Source of the DNA: Amphiscolops sp. MND2022
Lineage: Eukaryota
Direction of reading: 5' to 3'
NCBI GenBank assembly: GCA_964187785.1
Contig: OZ076410.1
Location: forward strand, 77,562,001 to 77,626,000
DNA length: 64,000 nt
Below the pieces are notes generated by a model. That model searched no databases and was not told the origin of the DNA. It was given only the letters and a program-made list of their open reading frames with translations. How positions within the stretch are numbered: the first letter of the stretch is position 1; each line of letters begins with the position of its first letter. Made by a program: the position numbers and the translations under genes. Below, piece by piece: positions 7,911-21,662 of the stretch.

Positions 7911-10900
7911 TCAACTGATTGTTTTAACATCGTGCAATTTCGATGCAATGCTGCACTTGCAGAAGGAGCACCCTAGATTTTCATATATACAAAGGATCTG
8001 TGTGGATTCCATCTGAATGCAGTTTAAATTTCGGATAAAAGTATGATAAACTCTCTTGGATTGTTCGTAAGTATAAACGGCATGATTCCACACCCTGAAC
8101 ACTCGATTGATCGATCCAATATCCGGAACGTCATTCAAAATTTTTCTGTATTTCTGGAGAGGACCGTCTGATGACTCATTCAAAACGAGCTTGTTTAACC
8201 CCTTACTGCTGAACTTCGTTTTCTTGGTTTGTGAATCATAGCAACAATATGTTTTGCTACCCAAGCAAATCATTTCTGTTACACGGAACTCTTCCTTGAA
8301 TAAGCCAGGCTCTCGTTTGTCAAGCTGAGAATGGGTAAAACAACATGTTAGAGGGAAGAAGTTCCTCAAACGGTTTGCCTCAAAATAATTACAGCAGTCC
8401 TCTTCGCTGATGTCTGACCACTCTCCGAGTTTATCTTGTCTGATACAATCAGTAATGTCGTTCTCTGCTAAGGCTAAATAGAGAGAGTCTGTATCCATTT
8501 CCAATTCCTCGAACTTGCTTTCGTCACAGTACTGCTTGAAGAAGTTATAATAAAGCTCCAACATTCTGAGCTTAGCGTATTGAAGAATGAAGAAGCCTAC
8601 AATAACTGGTTCCCGATGTTCTATTTCGGCTTTGACATGCTCAACTCCATACACTGAATCGTTGATGTACTGAAGCTGTTTGAAGAAGGGACTATTTATG
8701 GCTCGGTTAGTCTTTTTCTCATCCAGGTGTTTTGTCTCCGTGTGCTTGCTACGATCCATGATTTGGTATCCAAAAGAACTGTTACTAATAAACTTCATCG
8801 TCTCAGCAACCACGGTGGAGATTTTGTTTTGATCACCTAATTGTCGGGCATCAACAATTGACTTCACGAGTCCCTTGAAACATTTTTCAGTAGTGTACTC
8901 AAGAAATCGGTGAACCCTTGTACACTCAAGACCCAGCCTTCTGTAGAAATTAAAAAGCGGAGTTATAACACACCCATTTTCCAAGTGAAAACTAGAAATT
9001 AACATTCTGCTGGGTTGTTGGAGCAGTCCTTGTTAGTCAGCATAGGAGTTCATGTATTCACCAATATCGCTTTTGCTGACGAAACAATTCTTGAAAATTG
9101 GAAGAAAATGTTGAAAGTAGCTCTGAAGATTTTTGAGGACTGATAAATCGCAATGAACATATCCAAAGAGTGAACCACTGTCAATCTGTTGCAGTAGCTG
9201 GTGCTCAGACAAAAGATTGCGAAATGGGAAATTTATCTTCAAATGCTCCTTTAAGGTCTTGTCATCTCTCGCTTGTTTCCACCCAAGGCATTTCCAAACT
9301 TCGACTATTTCAAAACCTTTACCGATGATGAAAGTTTTTCGTTCCGCGTCAAACGTTCTTCGTTCTTTCCAAAAATTCACAATATCAGCATTAGCTTCTC
9401 TCTTTGCCTTTTGACGCTTATATCCATTATGGAAGCATCCCATAGCTTCAAACACAGTGTTAGAGTGTCCACAAAAGTCATCCACCCTGAAATTATCATT
9501 TTTGTACTGATTTCCGGTAGTCTGATTGCTCTGAATCTTGCATGCAGGTCGAGTATTTTGCAAATGGTCCATCGCCATGTTCTCAAAGCGTCATCGCCGA
9601 TTCTGAGAGGAAATAAGTCTTTTCTTTTCAGCATCATTTTCCCATCTGGTGTATAACCCTGACACGGCATTTCTTGACACATGGAGAAAGAATATAATTG
9701 ATTAGCATCGATTCCAACAACAGTCCTACATAAGTTTCAAAATGACGAATTTTGGTTTTCCCGGCAATTGCTTTCCGTGTGAAAACAATGGATGGTCCTC
9801 CGACCATATCTTCTCTGATTTTGTTCAAAAAATCCCGAACATTTTCTGTGAATGGATAAAATTTTGCATTTATCGAAGAATGTAGACATATGTTGGCTAA
9901 ATTCAGAAGAATGCAGCCAAGTTTCATGATGTTGTTTCCACGGTCATATAAAATTTCATCGCTTCTTGGACAGCTTCCAGTGTTGGAACAACATCCTTGT
10001 TATTGTACCTTTGTAAAAAATCTTTGGACGTTCTCAAGTTTTGGGATTCCCAAACAGCCTGCAATTGAGAGTAGTATTCCTTTCCTGTTGGAGGAACAGA
10101 GCTTATTCTCATTTTTTGCAAGGCATCTTCTTCGGATTAATCATTAAGAAGAAACTTTTCGAACTTTTCATAGTCGACTTCCAGACGATTTTGATTTCAA
10201 CGCTTGTCGAAAAACTCTGTATATAATGGAAGTTGTTGGTTATCAAGTTTTGATGGACAGTCGAACCATTCATAAGTGAAGAATCCCTTAGTCTCAGAAG
10301 GTTCGTAAGCTTTTAAAAATGAATCTAGAGTTGTGGCTCCGCTAATGAAATTCATGATATCTAGCATCTGCACATTACCAAATTTGAATGAGATGAATTG
10401 ATTGGTTTTTTAATGACACGGGGTTGCAACCCTTTTTCCTTGATCAGATGTGGAATTTAATATGATTTTCAAAGGTTCAGATCATATTTACCACTGTTGA
10501 AGCCAAAAACTGGAAACGTTGATAAGTAGTTATCGAGGGTTTTCTGTAGGTTGAGTAAATCCCGTTTTCGTTGGTTTAAAAACTTGCGAGAGAATTCTTG
10601 TGCATACATTTTCGTTGAACCCGATTCTTTCAAGAATGCCTGGTCAGAGAGTTCTTCTAGCTTCTCATAAACAGCTGAGGTGACGTCTGCAAATTGCGAC
10701 TGCATTTGGTCTCTGCTTTCATCTGCAAGATTTTCCAAGGCATCCACGAATTGGGTTACCACTTTGAACGGTTGTGGATTTTATAAAAACATTGGAGTTT
10801 TTAGAAGGTTAAAAGATTTTGATACGGAAATTGGTTGATGCCTACCCACCCATGTAGTTGAATTGTTTGACTCGGATTTGTTGTCAGTCACGCAAATTGA

Positions 10901-12011
10901 TTCGAAATCAAAAATTGCGAGATTTCTGAAAAGTCTGAATTGGTACGCAGAGTTTGGAAATTTTTCCCTGACTTTTTCACTACAAACCGGCAAATGAAGT
11001 CGCAAATTGCAATACTTGCGGACAAACTTGTTACAATTTTCACAGCGGAAGCAATTGAAAACAGCATTAAGGTCTTTTGTATAACAGACGTGATTATGAT
11101 GACTCAGAAATGTAACGCTTCTGGAATGTTTAATGATACTGCGTCGTGATAAAACCCCAACTAGCTGCTCATTTTCAACTTCGATCTCGTAGATGCTGAT
11201 ATTCAACTCTGTTAACCACCTAATGGAATTGCAGCAAAAACAGTCATATTTGTTGCAAAAGCAAATTTCCATTTTGTGTTATGTCGCTCTCGTGTGGTTC
11301 TTTCAACGAAATCTTCCAGAAAAAGTTTTGCTATGATATTGTCAAGATATTTTTCAAAACTCAAAAGATGTGAAGTATTGAAAATGAATGAATTTTCGTG
11401 AGCATAATAATAGCGGTAGTATTCGCGTTCAATATTACGGAGGACAAAACCCAGGCTAATATTTATTTTGGCATTGTTGACGAGGTTGGCGAACACTAGT
11501 CGAAGTTTTTCAGCCATCACTGCTGGACACAATTCGGTCAAAGCGAAGTTGAAAACATGCTGTTGTCCTCGAATTGACTCCGAATCAACACGAAATTGTT
11601 CAACATTGTGAAGCTCTTTCCGAAGTTGTTGATTCGCGTGATCCCACATGATTGTATCTAGGTCAACTTTTCCTGAAAGTGAAACATTCGACTGTGACAG
11701 ACTACCATGGAGAGTTTACTTATGTTTGCGGACAGCGTAGAAACTGTGGAATGTTAGCATACACTCAGTGCAAGTGAATTTTTTCGTCAAGTCTAATTTG
11801 CGATGTTTTTCTGCTTTTCTGCTGTGTGGTAATCCAGTTCTTCCTTGGTCTTCGCTGTGAATTTTGGACATTCGGGACAGAATAGACTTCCTCTCATGCA
11901 CGACTTGTTGTGACGAGAGATATGCTTTTTGACAACTCTTTTCCCACCTTTGTCACATTCAATGGGTTTGTTTCCATCCAGTGCTGGCATTTTTTGGTCT
12001 GAAAGTAGCAA
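7911..12011 (-). pseudogene. polB: Protein-primed family B DNA polymerase (Polinton type) with N-terminal zinc fingers and an inserted VSR-like nuclease
   Basis: ExoI IFDFESIC, ExoII FGFNSGKYDL, ExoIII YNNKDVVPTLEA, motif A VGIDANQLYP (shifted frame), motif B KFISNSSFGYQ, motif C EMDTDSLY, KTYCC..SKGL. C2H2-like fingers at 11716-12011. Many stops and frameshifts. Confidence 0.93.
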
Positions 12012-13565
12012 TCTTCAACGTGAAAAGAATGAAATATTCAAATCGAAAAGGTATATTTCCGTGTAGTAGAATAGAAGTTGACCAAAAAGATCTTAATTGA
12101 ATATGCCGCGTTGGAATATGACTTCTGATTTAACGTCTAGTCAAAAGAGGTTTCATCACAGTAGCACAAACTTTTCCATATGTTTTACGGTCAAGGAGGT
12201 TTAAGAAGCCCAAAACTTTCTGTGTACTCAAAAAGCTTTTAGGAAAAAAAAAATTTGTTTGTGATCGGCTTCGAACAAAAAGTCTTTTCCTACAACACAA
12301 ATTTGTGTTGACGTGAAGTTGTAGAAACTTGGATATGGGATATGGACAATGAAAGAAAAAAAATCGAAAATTTATATTAATATACATTGAAATCGAGAAG
12401 TGATTCCTAATGACTAAACGCTAAATCGAACACATGGAGTCTCGTTGTCGGTGATTAAAATCTATACATTTATGAAGAGTCTGAACAGGAAAAAACGTTT
12501 TTGTTTGTTGCATTGCAGCGGTTATCCCGGAACGAATTTTGTAGGTGTACTACACTCAATATGGCACTAAAGGTTTTTAAATTGAATCACGTAAGAGTAA
12601 TCGTGAAGCGATTGTTTTCGCCACAAGATCAAACTTCAAAGCGAAAACGGGGCAACGTAGAAACAGAGTTCGCGATTGATTATGCGTGTGTTTAGTCAAT
12701 GCCGCCTTTCAAGATTTCATTTTGAGTCAACCACAATAATTCATGATTGCTGTATTGAAACGGATGAGATGGAGCGTGACGCTGAGTAGACATTGAAGTG
12801 GCTTTCAATTATCTAATGCAGCTGTAGTCTTTGAAGTTTTCTTTAATTGTGTGTTGTCACAGATTCCGAAGTTGAATCACGTGGACATATTTGGTAATTG
12901 TTATATAGACTGATTGACAAGAGCGTCATGCTGTATAGACATGAAAAAGACACCGAAAAAACAACCTGTTTTTGCGTATCCGGTTCACTTTCACGAAGCC
13001 CTTTTAATCTTTCAAGCGATAAATTTTTTGCGTTTTGCCTTTTGAATCATGCGTATTTCGAGTTCATGACTGGTATAAAAATGACAATTTCATGTTTGAA
13101 ACTCAATGCTTTGTTTTAAAAAGTAAAACATAAGGTGGATTTTTCGAAAAAAATCTATGTTGATTTCAACTAGATAACGGGACCAATGACAGATCTGAAA
13201 GAAATTTATAGTAAAATTCGTCGCTAGACATAAGTTGAATAGAACAAATTGTCTCGGTGTCCAGTAGACATTACAATGCAACACGAAGTTAATAACCTTT
13301 GAACTATGTATATCTGGAATGTTTGCCAAAGTTATGTAAATGGTTTCTTTGAAACTTATTCTCAAGGCCCCAAACAATTTGAAGAACATCTCCAGAGTAA
13401 GTGAGATCTTTTTAAAAGCTAAAGATTTTTTGTGTGGTCAGCAAAAAATCATTGCATTGCCAAAAATTGAATTGAGCGTTCTTGTAGTCAGTTTTTCATG
13501 CCAATTTCAGTTTTCTGACTCTTATATTCTAACCCGCGTTGATATATTTGAAATTAAGTGAGCAC

Positions 13566-14009
13566 GATTTTTTGGAACATGTCATTTATGGAGTAGCTCG
13601 AAAACTTGATGGGGTCATTACTGGCTTCTTATCCAGGCTTCGAGTATCTTCCTATTCAGCGAACACGAGAAGAAAACTTAGAAGGAATGACACCTTCAAT
13701 TATAAATTGAGCAAGTAGTGTGCCAAAATACTATTAATAACATGTTGTTAGGCTAATTCAACAGTTAGGTTTTTTGAGTTGAAGCTCCTAAGGTTTGATC
13801 AGCAGAGAATTCGGAGATTAAAAAAAACTGAAAATGGTCGAATGTCAGAGTTACTAGTGGACATTGAGACATTAACCACGAACTGAATAAACAAGACAGA
13901 ACATACCCAACCAAAAAAAGTATACTGAAAATCAATGATTGGCTGATAACGTTTCTACAACACTACTGATGATGAATGAATCAAACAAGCGAGCTGTTTC
14001 AGAAACTCA
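13566..14009. other. Unique spacer of about 445 bp at the centre of the giant inverted repeat
   Basis: Arm homology ends at ...GAAATTAAGTGAGCAC (13565) and resumes in inverted form at GCTCACTCAATTTC (about 14010). Confidence 0.8.
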
Positions 14010-17000
14010 TGCTCACTCAATTTCAATTGTATCAACGCGGGTTAGAATATAAGAGTCAGAAAACTGAAATTGGCATATAAAACTGACTACAAGAACGCTC
14101 AATTCACTTTTTGGCAATGCAAAAGTTTTTTGCTGACAACACAATCTGTAGCTTTTAAAAAGATCTCACTTACTCTGGAGATGTTCACGAAATTGTTTAG
14201 GGCCTTAGAATGAGTTCCGGAGAAAACCATTTACATAACTTTGGCAAACATTCCAGATATACATAATTCTAAAAAATTCTTTCAGATCAGTCATTAATCC
14301 CGTTATCTTGTTGAAATCAACATGGATTTTTCTTTTTCGGAAAATCCACTTTATGTTTTACTTTTTACGTCTGAGTTTCAAACATGAAATGGTCATTTTT
14401 ATACTAGTCTTGAACTCGAAAGACGCATAATTCAATAGGCAAAACGCAAAAAATTGAACACTTGAAAGATTAAAAAAGGGCTTCGTGAAAGTGAACCGGA
14501 TACGCAAAAATAAGATGTCGGTGTCTTTTTCTTGTCTATACAGCATGACGATCTTGTCAATCAGTCAATATAATAATTATCAAATATGTCCAGGTGATTC
14601 AACTTCGGAAACTGTGACAACACACAATTAAAGAAAACTTCAAAGACTACCGCTGCATTAAATAATTGAAAGCCACTTCAATGTCTACTCAGCGTCACGT
14701 TCCATCTCAGCCGTTTCGATACAGCAATCATGAATTATTGTGGTTGACTCAAGATGAAATCTTGAAAGGCGGCATTGACTAAACACAAGCATAATCAATC
14801 GCGAACTCTGTTATTACGTTGCCCCGCTTTCGCTTTGAAATTTGATCTTGTGGCAAAATCAGTTGCTTCAGGATTACTCTTACGTGATTCAATTTAAGAA
14901 TTTTTAGTGCCACAATGAGTGTAGTGCACCTACAAAACTCGTTCCGAGATAACCGCTGCAATACAACAAACAAAAACATTTTTTTCCTGTTCAGACTCTT
15001 CATAAACGTATAGATTTCAATCACCGACAACGAGACTCCAAGAGTTCAATTTAGCGTTTAGTCATTAAGAATTACTTCTTGATATCAATGTATGTTAACA
15101 TAAGTTTTCGTTTTTTTTCTTTCATTGTCCATATCCCTTATCCAAGTTTCTACAAATTCACGTCAACAAAAAATTGTGTTGTAAGAAAAGACTTTAATGT
15201 TCGAAACCGATCACAAACAAAATTTTTTTCCTTAAAGGTTTTTGAGTATACACAAAATTTTGGGCTTCTTAAACCTCCTTGACCGTAAAACATAGGGAAA
15301 AGTTTATGCTACTGCGATGAAACCTCTTTTAATTAGACGTTAAATCAGAAGTCGTATTCCAACGCGGCATAATCAATTAGGATCTTTTTGGTCAACTTCT
15401 ATTTTACTACACCGAAATATCCCTTTTCAATTTGAATATGTCATTCTTTTCTTGTTGAAGATTGCTACTTTCAGACCAAAAAATGCCAGCTCTGGATGGA
15501 AACAAACCCATTGATTGTGACAAAGGTGGGAAAAGAATTGTCAAAAATCATATCTCTCGTCACAACAAATCGTACATGAGAGGAAGTCTTTTCTGTCCCG
15601 AATGTCCAAAATTCACAGCGAAGACCAAGGAAGAACTGGATTACCACACAGCAGAAAAACATCGCAAAGAAGACTTGACGAAAAAATTCACTGAGTGTAT
15701 GCTAACATTCCACAGTTTCTACGCTGTCCGCAAACATAAGTAAACTCTCCATGGTAGTCTGTCATAGTCGAATGTTACACTTTCAGTAAAGGTTGACCTA
15801 GACACAATCTTGGGGGGTCTCGCGAATCAACAACTTCGGGAAGAGCTTTACAATGTTGAACATTTTCCTAATGATTCGGAGTCAATTCAAGGACAACAGC
15901 ATGTTTTCAACTTCGCTTTGACCGAATTGTGTCCAGCAGTGATGGCTGAAAAACTTCGACTAGTGTTCGCCAACCTCGTCAACAGTGCCAGAATAAATAT
16001 TAGCCTGGGTTTTGTCCTCCGTAATATTGAAAGCGAATACTACCACTATTAGGATGCTCGCGAAAATTCATTCATTTTCAATACTTCACAACTTTTGAGT
16101 ATTGAAAAATATCTTGACAATATCATAGCAAAATTTTCTCTGGAAGATTTCGTTGAAACAGCCACACGAAAGCGACCTAACACAAAATGGAAGTTTGCTT
16201 TTGCAACAAATATGACTGTTTTTGCTGCAATTCTGAACGAAATCCCATTAAGTGCTCAAAATCTGGAAATTCCCTCACGTATCCTCAAAAACAAGAAGTT
16301 ATTCTGTCTATCTATCAATCCCTTGAACAAACTTTACAACGACAACTTGTGCTCATTAAGAGCTGTTGCATTCCACATCACAGGCAGACACAATTTGGAG
16401 GAACAAACAGCGAAGCTTCTCCAGCAATACCTGGAACACTGTGAAGTTGATATTAATGATTTCAAGGGGCAACCTTAGAAACAATCAATGCCATAGAAGA
16501 TCTAACAGAGTTAAAAATCAGCTACGAGATCGAAGTTGAAAATGATCAGCTAGATGGTGTTTTATCACGACGCAGTATCAATAAATGTTCCAGAAGCGTT
16601 ACACTTCTGAGTTATCAGAATCACGTCTGTTATACGAAGGACCTTAATGCTGTTTTCACTTGCTTCCGCTGTGAAAATTGTAACAAGTTTCTCCGGAAGC
16701 ATTCCAGTTTGCGACGTCATTTGCCAGTTTGTAGTGAAAAAGTCAGGGAAAAATTCCCAAACTCTGCGTACCACTTGAAAGAAACAGTGTTCGAAAAACT
16801 TTCGAAGTTTGGAATTACAGTTCCTGAAGATTGCAGACTACCTTTCAAAAGTCTCGCAATTTTTGATTTCAAATCAATTTGCGTGACTGACATCAATTCC
16901 GAGTCAAACAATTCAGCTACATGGGTGGGTAGGCATCAACCAATTTCCGTATGAATATCTTCTAACCTTCTCAAAACTCCCATCTTTTTATGTGATACAC

Positions 17001-20000
17001 AACCGTTCAAAGTGCTAACCCAATTCGCTGATGCCTTGGAAAATCTTGCAGATGAAAGCAGAGACCAAATGCAGTCGCAATTCGCAGACGTCGCCTCAGC
17101 TGTTTATGAGAAGCTAGAGGAACTCTTTGACCAGATATTCTTGAAAGAATCGGGGTCAACGAAAATGTCTGCACAAGAATTCTCTCGCAAGTTTTTAAAC
17201 CAACGAAAACGGGATATACTCAACCTACAGAAAACCCTCGATAACTACTCATCAACGTTTCCAGTTTTTGGCTTCAACAGTGGTAAATATGACCTGACGT
17301 TATAAAATCATATTTAATTCCAACTCTGATCAAGGAAAAAGGGTTGCAACCCCGTGTCTTCAAAAAAACCAATCAATTCATCTCATTCAAATTTGGTAAT
17401 GTGCAGATGCTGGATATCATTAATTTCATTGGCGGAGCCACAACTCTAGATTCATTTTTAAAAGCTTACGAATCTTCTGGGACTAAAGGATTCTTCACTT
17501 ATGAATGGTTCGACTGTCCATCAAAACTTGATAACCAACAACTTCCATTATATACAGCAAGCGTTTTTCAGCAGGGGTCGAAATCAAAATTGTCTGGAAG
17601 CCGACTATAAAAAGTTCGAAAAGTTTTTTCTTAATCATTATCCCAATAAGATGCCTTGCGAAAAATGAGAATATGCTCTGTTCCTCCAACAGGAAAGGAA
17701 AACTACTCTCAATTGCAGGCTGTTTGGGAATCCCAAAACATGAGAACGCTCAAAGATTTTTCAAAGTGGTACATTGACAAGAATGTTGTTCCAACACTGG
17801 AAGCTGTCCAAAAAATGATGAAATTACCGTGGAATTGACATGCAGAAACTTGGCTGCACTCTTCCAAATTTAGCCAACATATGTCTACATTCTTCGACAA
17901 ATGCAAAATTTTACCCATTCACAGAAAATGATCGAGATCTTTTGAACAAAATCAGAGAAGATATGGTCGGAGGACCATCCATTGTTTTCACACAGAAAGC
18001 AATTGCCGGGGAAACCAAAATTCGTCATTTTGAAACTTTTGTAGGACTGTTGTTGGAATCGATGCTAATCAATTATATCCTTTCTCCATGTGTCAGGAAA
18101 TGCCGTATCAGGGTTATACACCAGATGGGAAAATGATGCTGAAAAGAAAAGACTTATTTCCGCTCAGAATCGACGATGACGCTTTGAGAACATGGTGATG
18201 GACCATTTGCAAAATACTCGACCTGCATGCAAGATTCAGAGCAATCATACTACCGGAAATCAGTACAAAATTGATAATTTCAGTGTGGATGGTTTTTGTG
18301 GACACTGTAACACTGTGATTGAAGCTATGGGATGCTTCTATCATGGCTGTAATTGTCAAATGGCAAAAAAAGAAGCTAATGCTCATATTGTGAAATTTTG
18401 GCAAGAACGGAGAAAGTTTCATCATCGGTAAAGGTTTTGAAATAATCGAAGTTTGGGAATGCCTTTGGTGGAAACAGGCGAGAGATGACAAGACCTCAAA
18501 GGAGCATTTGAAGTTAAATTTCCCATTTCGCAATCTTTTGTCTGAGCACCAGCTACTGCAACAGATTGACAATGGTTCACTCTTTGGATATGTTCATTGC
18601 GATTTATCAGTCCCCAAAAATCTTCCGAGCTACTTTCAACATTTTCTTCCAATTTTCAAGAATTGTTTCGTCAGCAAAAGCGATATTGGTGAATACATGA
18701 ACTCCTATGCTGACTAACAAGGACTGCCCCAACAACCCAGCAGAATGTTAATTTCTAGTTTTCACTTAGAAAATGGTTGTGTTATAACTCCGCTTTTTAA
18801 TTTCTACAGAAGGCTGGGTCTTGAGTGTACAAGGGTTCACCGATTTCTTGAGTACACTACTGAAAAATGTTTCAAGGGACTCGTGAAGTCAATTGTTGAT
18901 GCCCGACAATTAGGTGATCAAAACAAAATCTCCACCGTGGTTGCTGAGACGATGAAGTTTATAAGTAACAGTTCTTTTGGATACCAAATCATGGATCGTA
19001 GCAAGCACACGGAGACAAAACACCTGGATGAGAAAAAGACTAACCGAGCCATAAATAGTCCCTTCTTCAAACAGCTTCAGTACATCAACGATTCAGTGTA
19101 TGGAGTTGAGCATGTCAAAGCCGAAATAGAACATCGGGAACCAGTTATTGTAGGCTTCTTCATTCTTCAATACGCTAAGCTCCGAATGTTGCAGCTTTAT
19201 TATAACTTCTTCAAGCAGTACTGTGACGAAAGCAAAATCGAGGAATTGGAAATGGATACAGACTCTCTTTATTTATTCTTAGCAGAGAACGACATTACTG
19301 ATTGTATGAGACAAGATAAACTCGGAGAGTGGTCAGAAATCAGAGAAGAGGACTGCTGTAATTATTTTGAGGCAAATAGTTTGAGCAATTTCTTCCTTCG
19401 AACATTTCTTTCTACCCACTCTCAGCTAGACAAACGAGAGCCTGGCTTACTCAAGGAAGTGTTCCGTGCAACAGAAATGATTTGCTTGTGTAGCAAAACA
19501 TATTGTTGCTATGATTCACAAACCAAGAAAACGAAGTTCAGCAGAAAGGGGTTAAACAAACACTTTGTGAATGAGTCACCAGACGGTCCTCTCCAGAAAT
19601 ACAGAAAAGTTTTGAATGAAGTTTTGGATATTGGATCGATCAATCAAGGGTTCAGGGTGCGGAATCATGCCGTTTAAACATACGAACAATCCAAGAGAGG
19701 TTTATCATACCTTTATCCGAAACGTAAACTGCATTCAGAATCCACACAGATCATTTGGATATACGAGAATCTAGGGTGCTGCTTCTGCAAGTACAGCATT
19801 GCATCGAAATTGCATGATGTTAAAACAATCAGTTGACTTGAATTCAACAAAAACAAGATATTAACTTTGTATTCTGTGATTGTAAAATGTATTACTTCAT
19901 TTTGTGTTCCGGTGAGCAGTTGTTTCGAAAGATGACTTCGTTCAAACCTAAAGACTCGAATTTACTGTCTTGTCAATGTTATCATAACATGATCATTTGT

Positions 20001-20409
20001 AATTCGTGTGCTTTTTAGGATATAACGCTAGTAAAAGTAACTCAACGTTTATAAAAGAATAAATTAGAATACGATCTGAATGAAAATATTGCCTGTCAGT
20101 GGAGTATTATGAAACCTTGTTTCGTTAACATATACCAAGTTTAACCTAATCAACCTCTCAACTATGTCTTATGGTGTAGTGTATTTCTTTGGTAGTTTTA
20201 TCCTATGCAATTTGTTGACGCTTTCGTACATTTATTCCTCGTTATTTAAATTCATTTTCTTTCTGGACTTTAGAGCTTGAGACCTGGATTATATCGTGTT
20301 CCATGCCGTATGGAATACAACATGCTCAGCGTGAGTAAATAAATCATTTCAGCGTATGTAATTTTTGCTGGAATTAATTTTTCATGTGTCATTCCAATTT
20401 GAGATTATT
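14010..20409 (+). mobile_element. Polinton-like remnant, right arm of the inverted duplication
   Basis: Reverse-complement copy of 7392-13565, about 90-93% identical in spot-checked 60-nt blocks. Cut at 20409 by the LTR-gag segment. Confidence 0.82.
15462..19836 (+). pseudogene. polB: Second pPolB pseudogene copy
   Basis: Same motifs as the left copy (IFDFKSIC, FNSGKYDL, KFISNSSFGYQ, EMDTDSLY). Shares the frameshifts near GIDANQLYP and the TAA after NSYAD with the left copy. Confidence 0.93.
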
Positions 20410-20442
20410 TCCGACCACTATACTTCGATCTCAGTGACAGAT

Positions 20443-20589
20443 TGTCTTATGAATGAAATAAATTTGTAATTATTAGTACTTGTAAAAAGTTGTCATTGTG
20501 TTATTTATGTTAGCCTAATTGTTGTATGTATGCTTCAGATGAATGCTTCTCAAATAGAATTCCTGCAAGTAGTGTTTTCCCTCACGACA
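20443..20589 (+). repeat. Short Gypsy 5' LTR copy (unit A)
   Basis: TGTC...GACA, 147 bp, homologous to 38612-38758 and 42368-42516. Confidence 0.88.
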
Positions 20590-21091
20590 AATCTGTTTGA
20601 TATTTCCGCTTGCGTTATCACCTCTTCAAGACCTCGCCCACTCGTCCCCTGATTATCACGGATTCACAAGGAAGGAACCTGACATTCCCTAACACTCAAA
20701 CTCTTGCCAGGAACATCTCCGATCTTGCTGTAGCAGCCTCTGAAGTTGCACTCAGAATATCGTTATAGCGGTTTTCCCAGGCTGAACATCCCTGATAAAG
20801 CCAAGGCATCAATTCGACTCCTAGAAAGCAACAACGATAGCCGGTGGCTTTACCGAGGCAAATCCCGAAGCGTCTACAGCATCGAAAAGCCTATTACCAG
20901 AGACGACACCCACCTCGAGCCAAAGGCCGTCAGTGGAATTCGCTCTATCTTAATGAATCGAGTGCTTCGGAAAACCTTCTGCTCCCAGATCGACAAACGA
21001 GGTCACCCCTAACATACGATTGCTGTCGGGGTCATTACACTTGCCCGCGCTAAATCACGTAAGATGCCTTCAGGTAAGCGATTTCAATATT

Positions 21092-21229
21092 CTGCTACTA
21101 CGGTACTTCCTCATGTTCTTCGTAGCTGTTGACCTTTCTGCCACTACGGTACATTCTTAAGTTCCTCGTAGCTTTTGTCCATTCTGCTACTACGGGAGTT
21201 TCATAAGTTCCTCGTAGCAATTGTCTAAG
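21092..21229 (+). repeat. 3 x 46-nt tandem repeat in the Gypsy leader just before gag (also at about 27148, 33609, 39254)
   Basis: CTGC(T/C)ACTACGG starts at 21092, 21138 and 21184; each unit has a CTACG...CGTAG stem. Confidence 0.85.
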
Positions 21230-21254
21230 CGCTGTATTCCTTTTTCTGTCTCTC

Positions 21255-21662
21255 ATGAAGTTCAAACCACCCGACTTGCCACTAAATCTTTCTCCCGAGA
21301 CGTGGAAATTGTGGACGAAAAGTTTCGAGGACGGTTTACGTATCAACGGCACAACCGAAGATGCTGACAAATTAGTTTTCCTTCGTACATTTGTCGGCTC
21401 CGGCTATTTCACCCTCTTCGAAAGTTTTGCAACGTTTGCAGACGCACTGAGAACGTTGAACAGGCAGTTTCCGAAGCCCACGAGAAGGCTCTTTGCCCGT
21501 CATCAAATGCTCGGTGCCAGTCAGAAGGACGAAGAGTCCATTATACAGTTTTCTCGAAAGCTGAAACGATTTGTTGAAGACTGCGAATGCACCAGTCTGA
21601 CCGGCCAAGCACATAAAGACTATCTATTACGAGACGCCTTAAAATCAGGGATCATGTCTAAC
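21255..21662 (+). pseudogene. gag: Truncated Gypsy gag (unit A)
   Basis: MKFKPPDLPL..WKLWTKSFE..DKLVFLRTFVG..ARHQML..QKDEESIIQF..LK..VEDC..LLRDALKSG; joined at ATGTCT to Polinton-like sequence. Confidence 0.85.

Larger units (their letters stand above)
6164..13565 (-). mobile_element. Polinton/Maverick (adintovirus-like) remnant, left arm of a giant inverted duplication
   Basis: Contains the pPolB pseudogene. 7392-13565 mirrors 14010-20409 and 6164-7140 mirrors 21663-22757. No recognisable integrase, ATPase, protease or capsid gene. Confidence 0.8.

Noticed and set aside
6164-20409. Giant inverted repeat as a long-read foldback assembly artefact
   Set aside because: Arms differ by about 8-10% with private indels and have a unique spacer; an artefact would be near-identical throughout.
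21092-21229. CRISPR-like array
   Set aside because: Contiguous tandem units without unique spacers, eukaryotic retrotransposon context, no cas genes.
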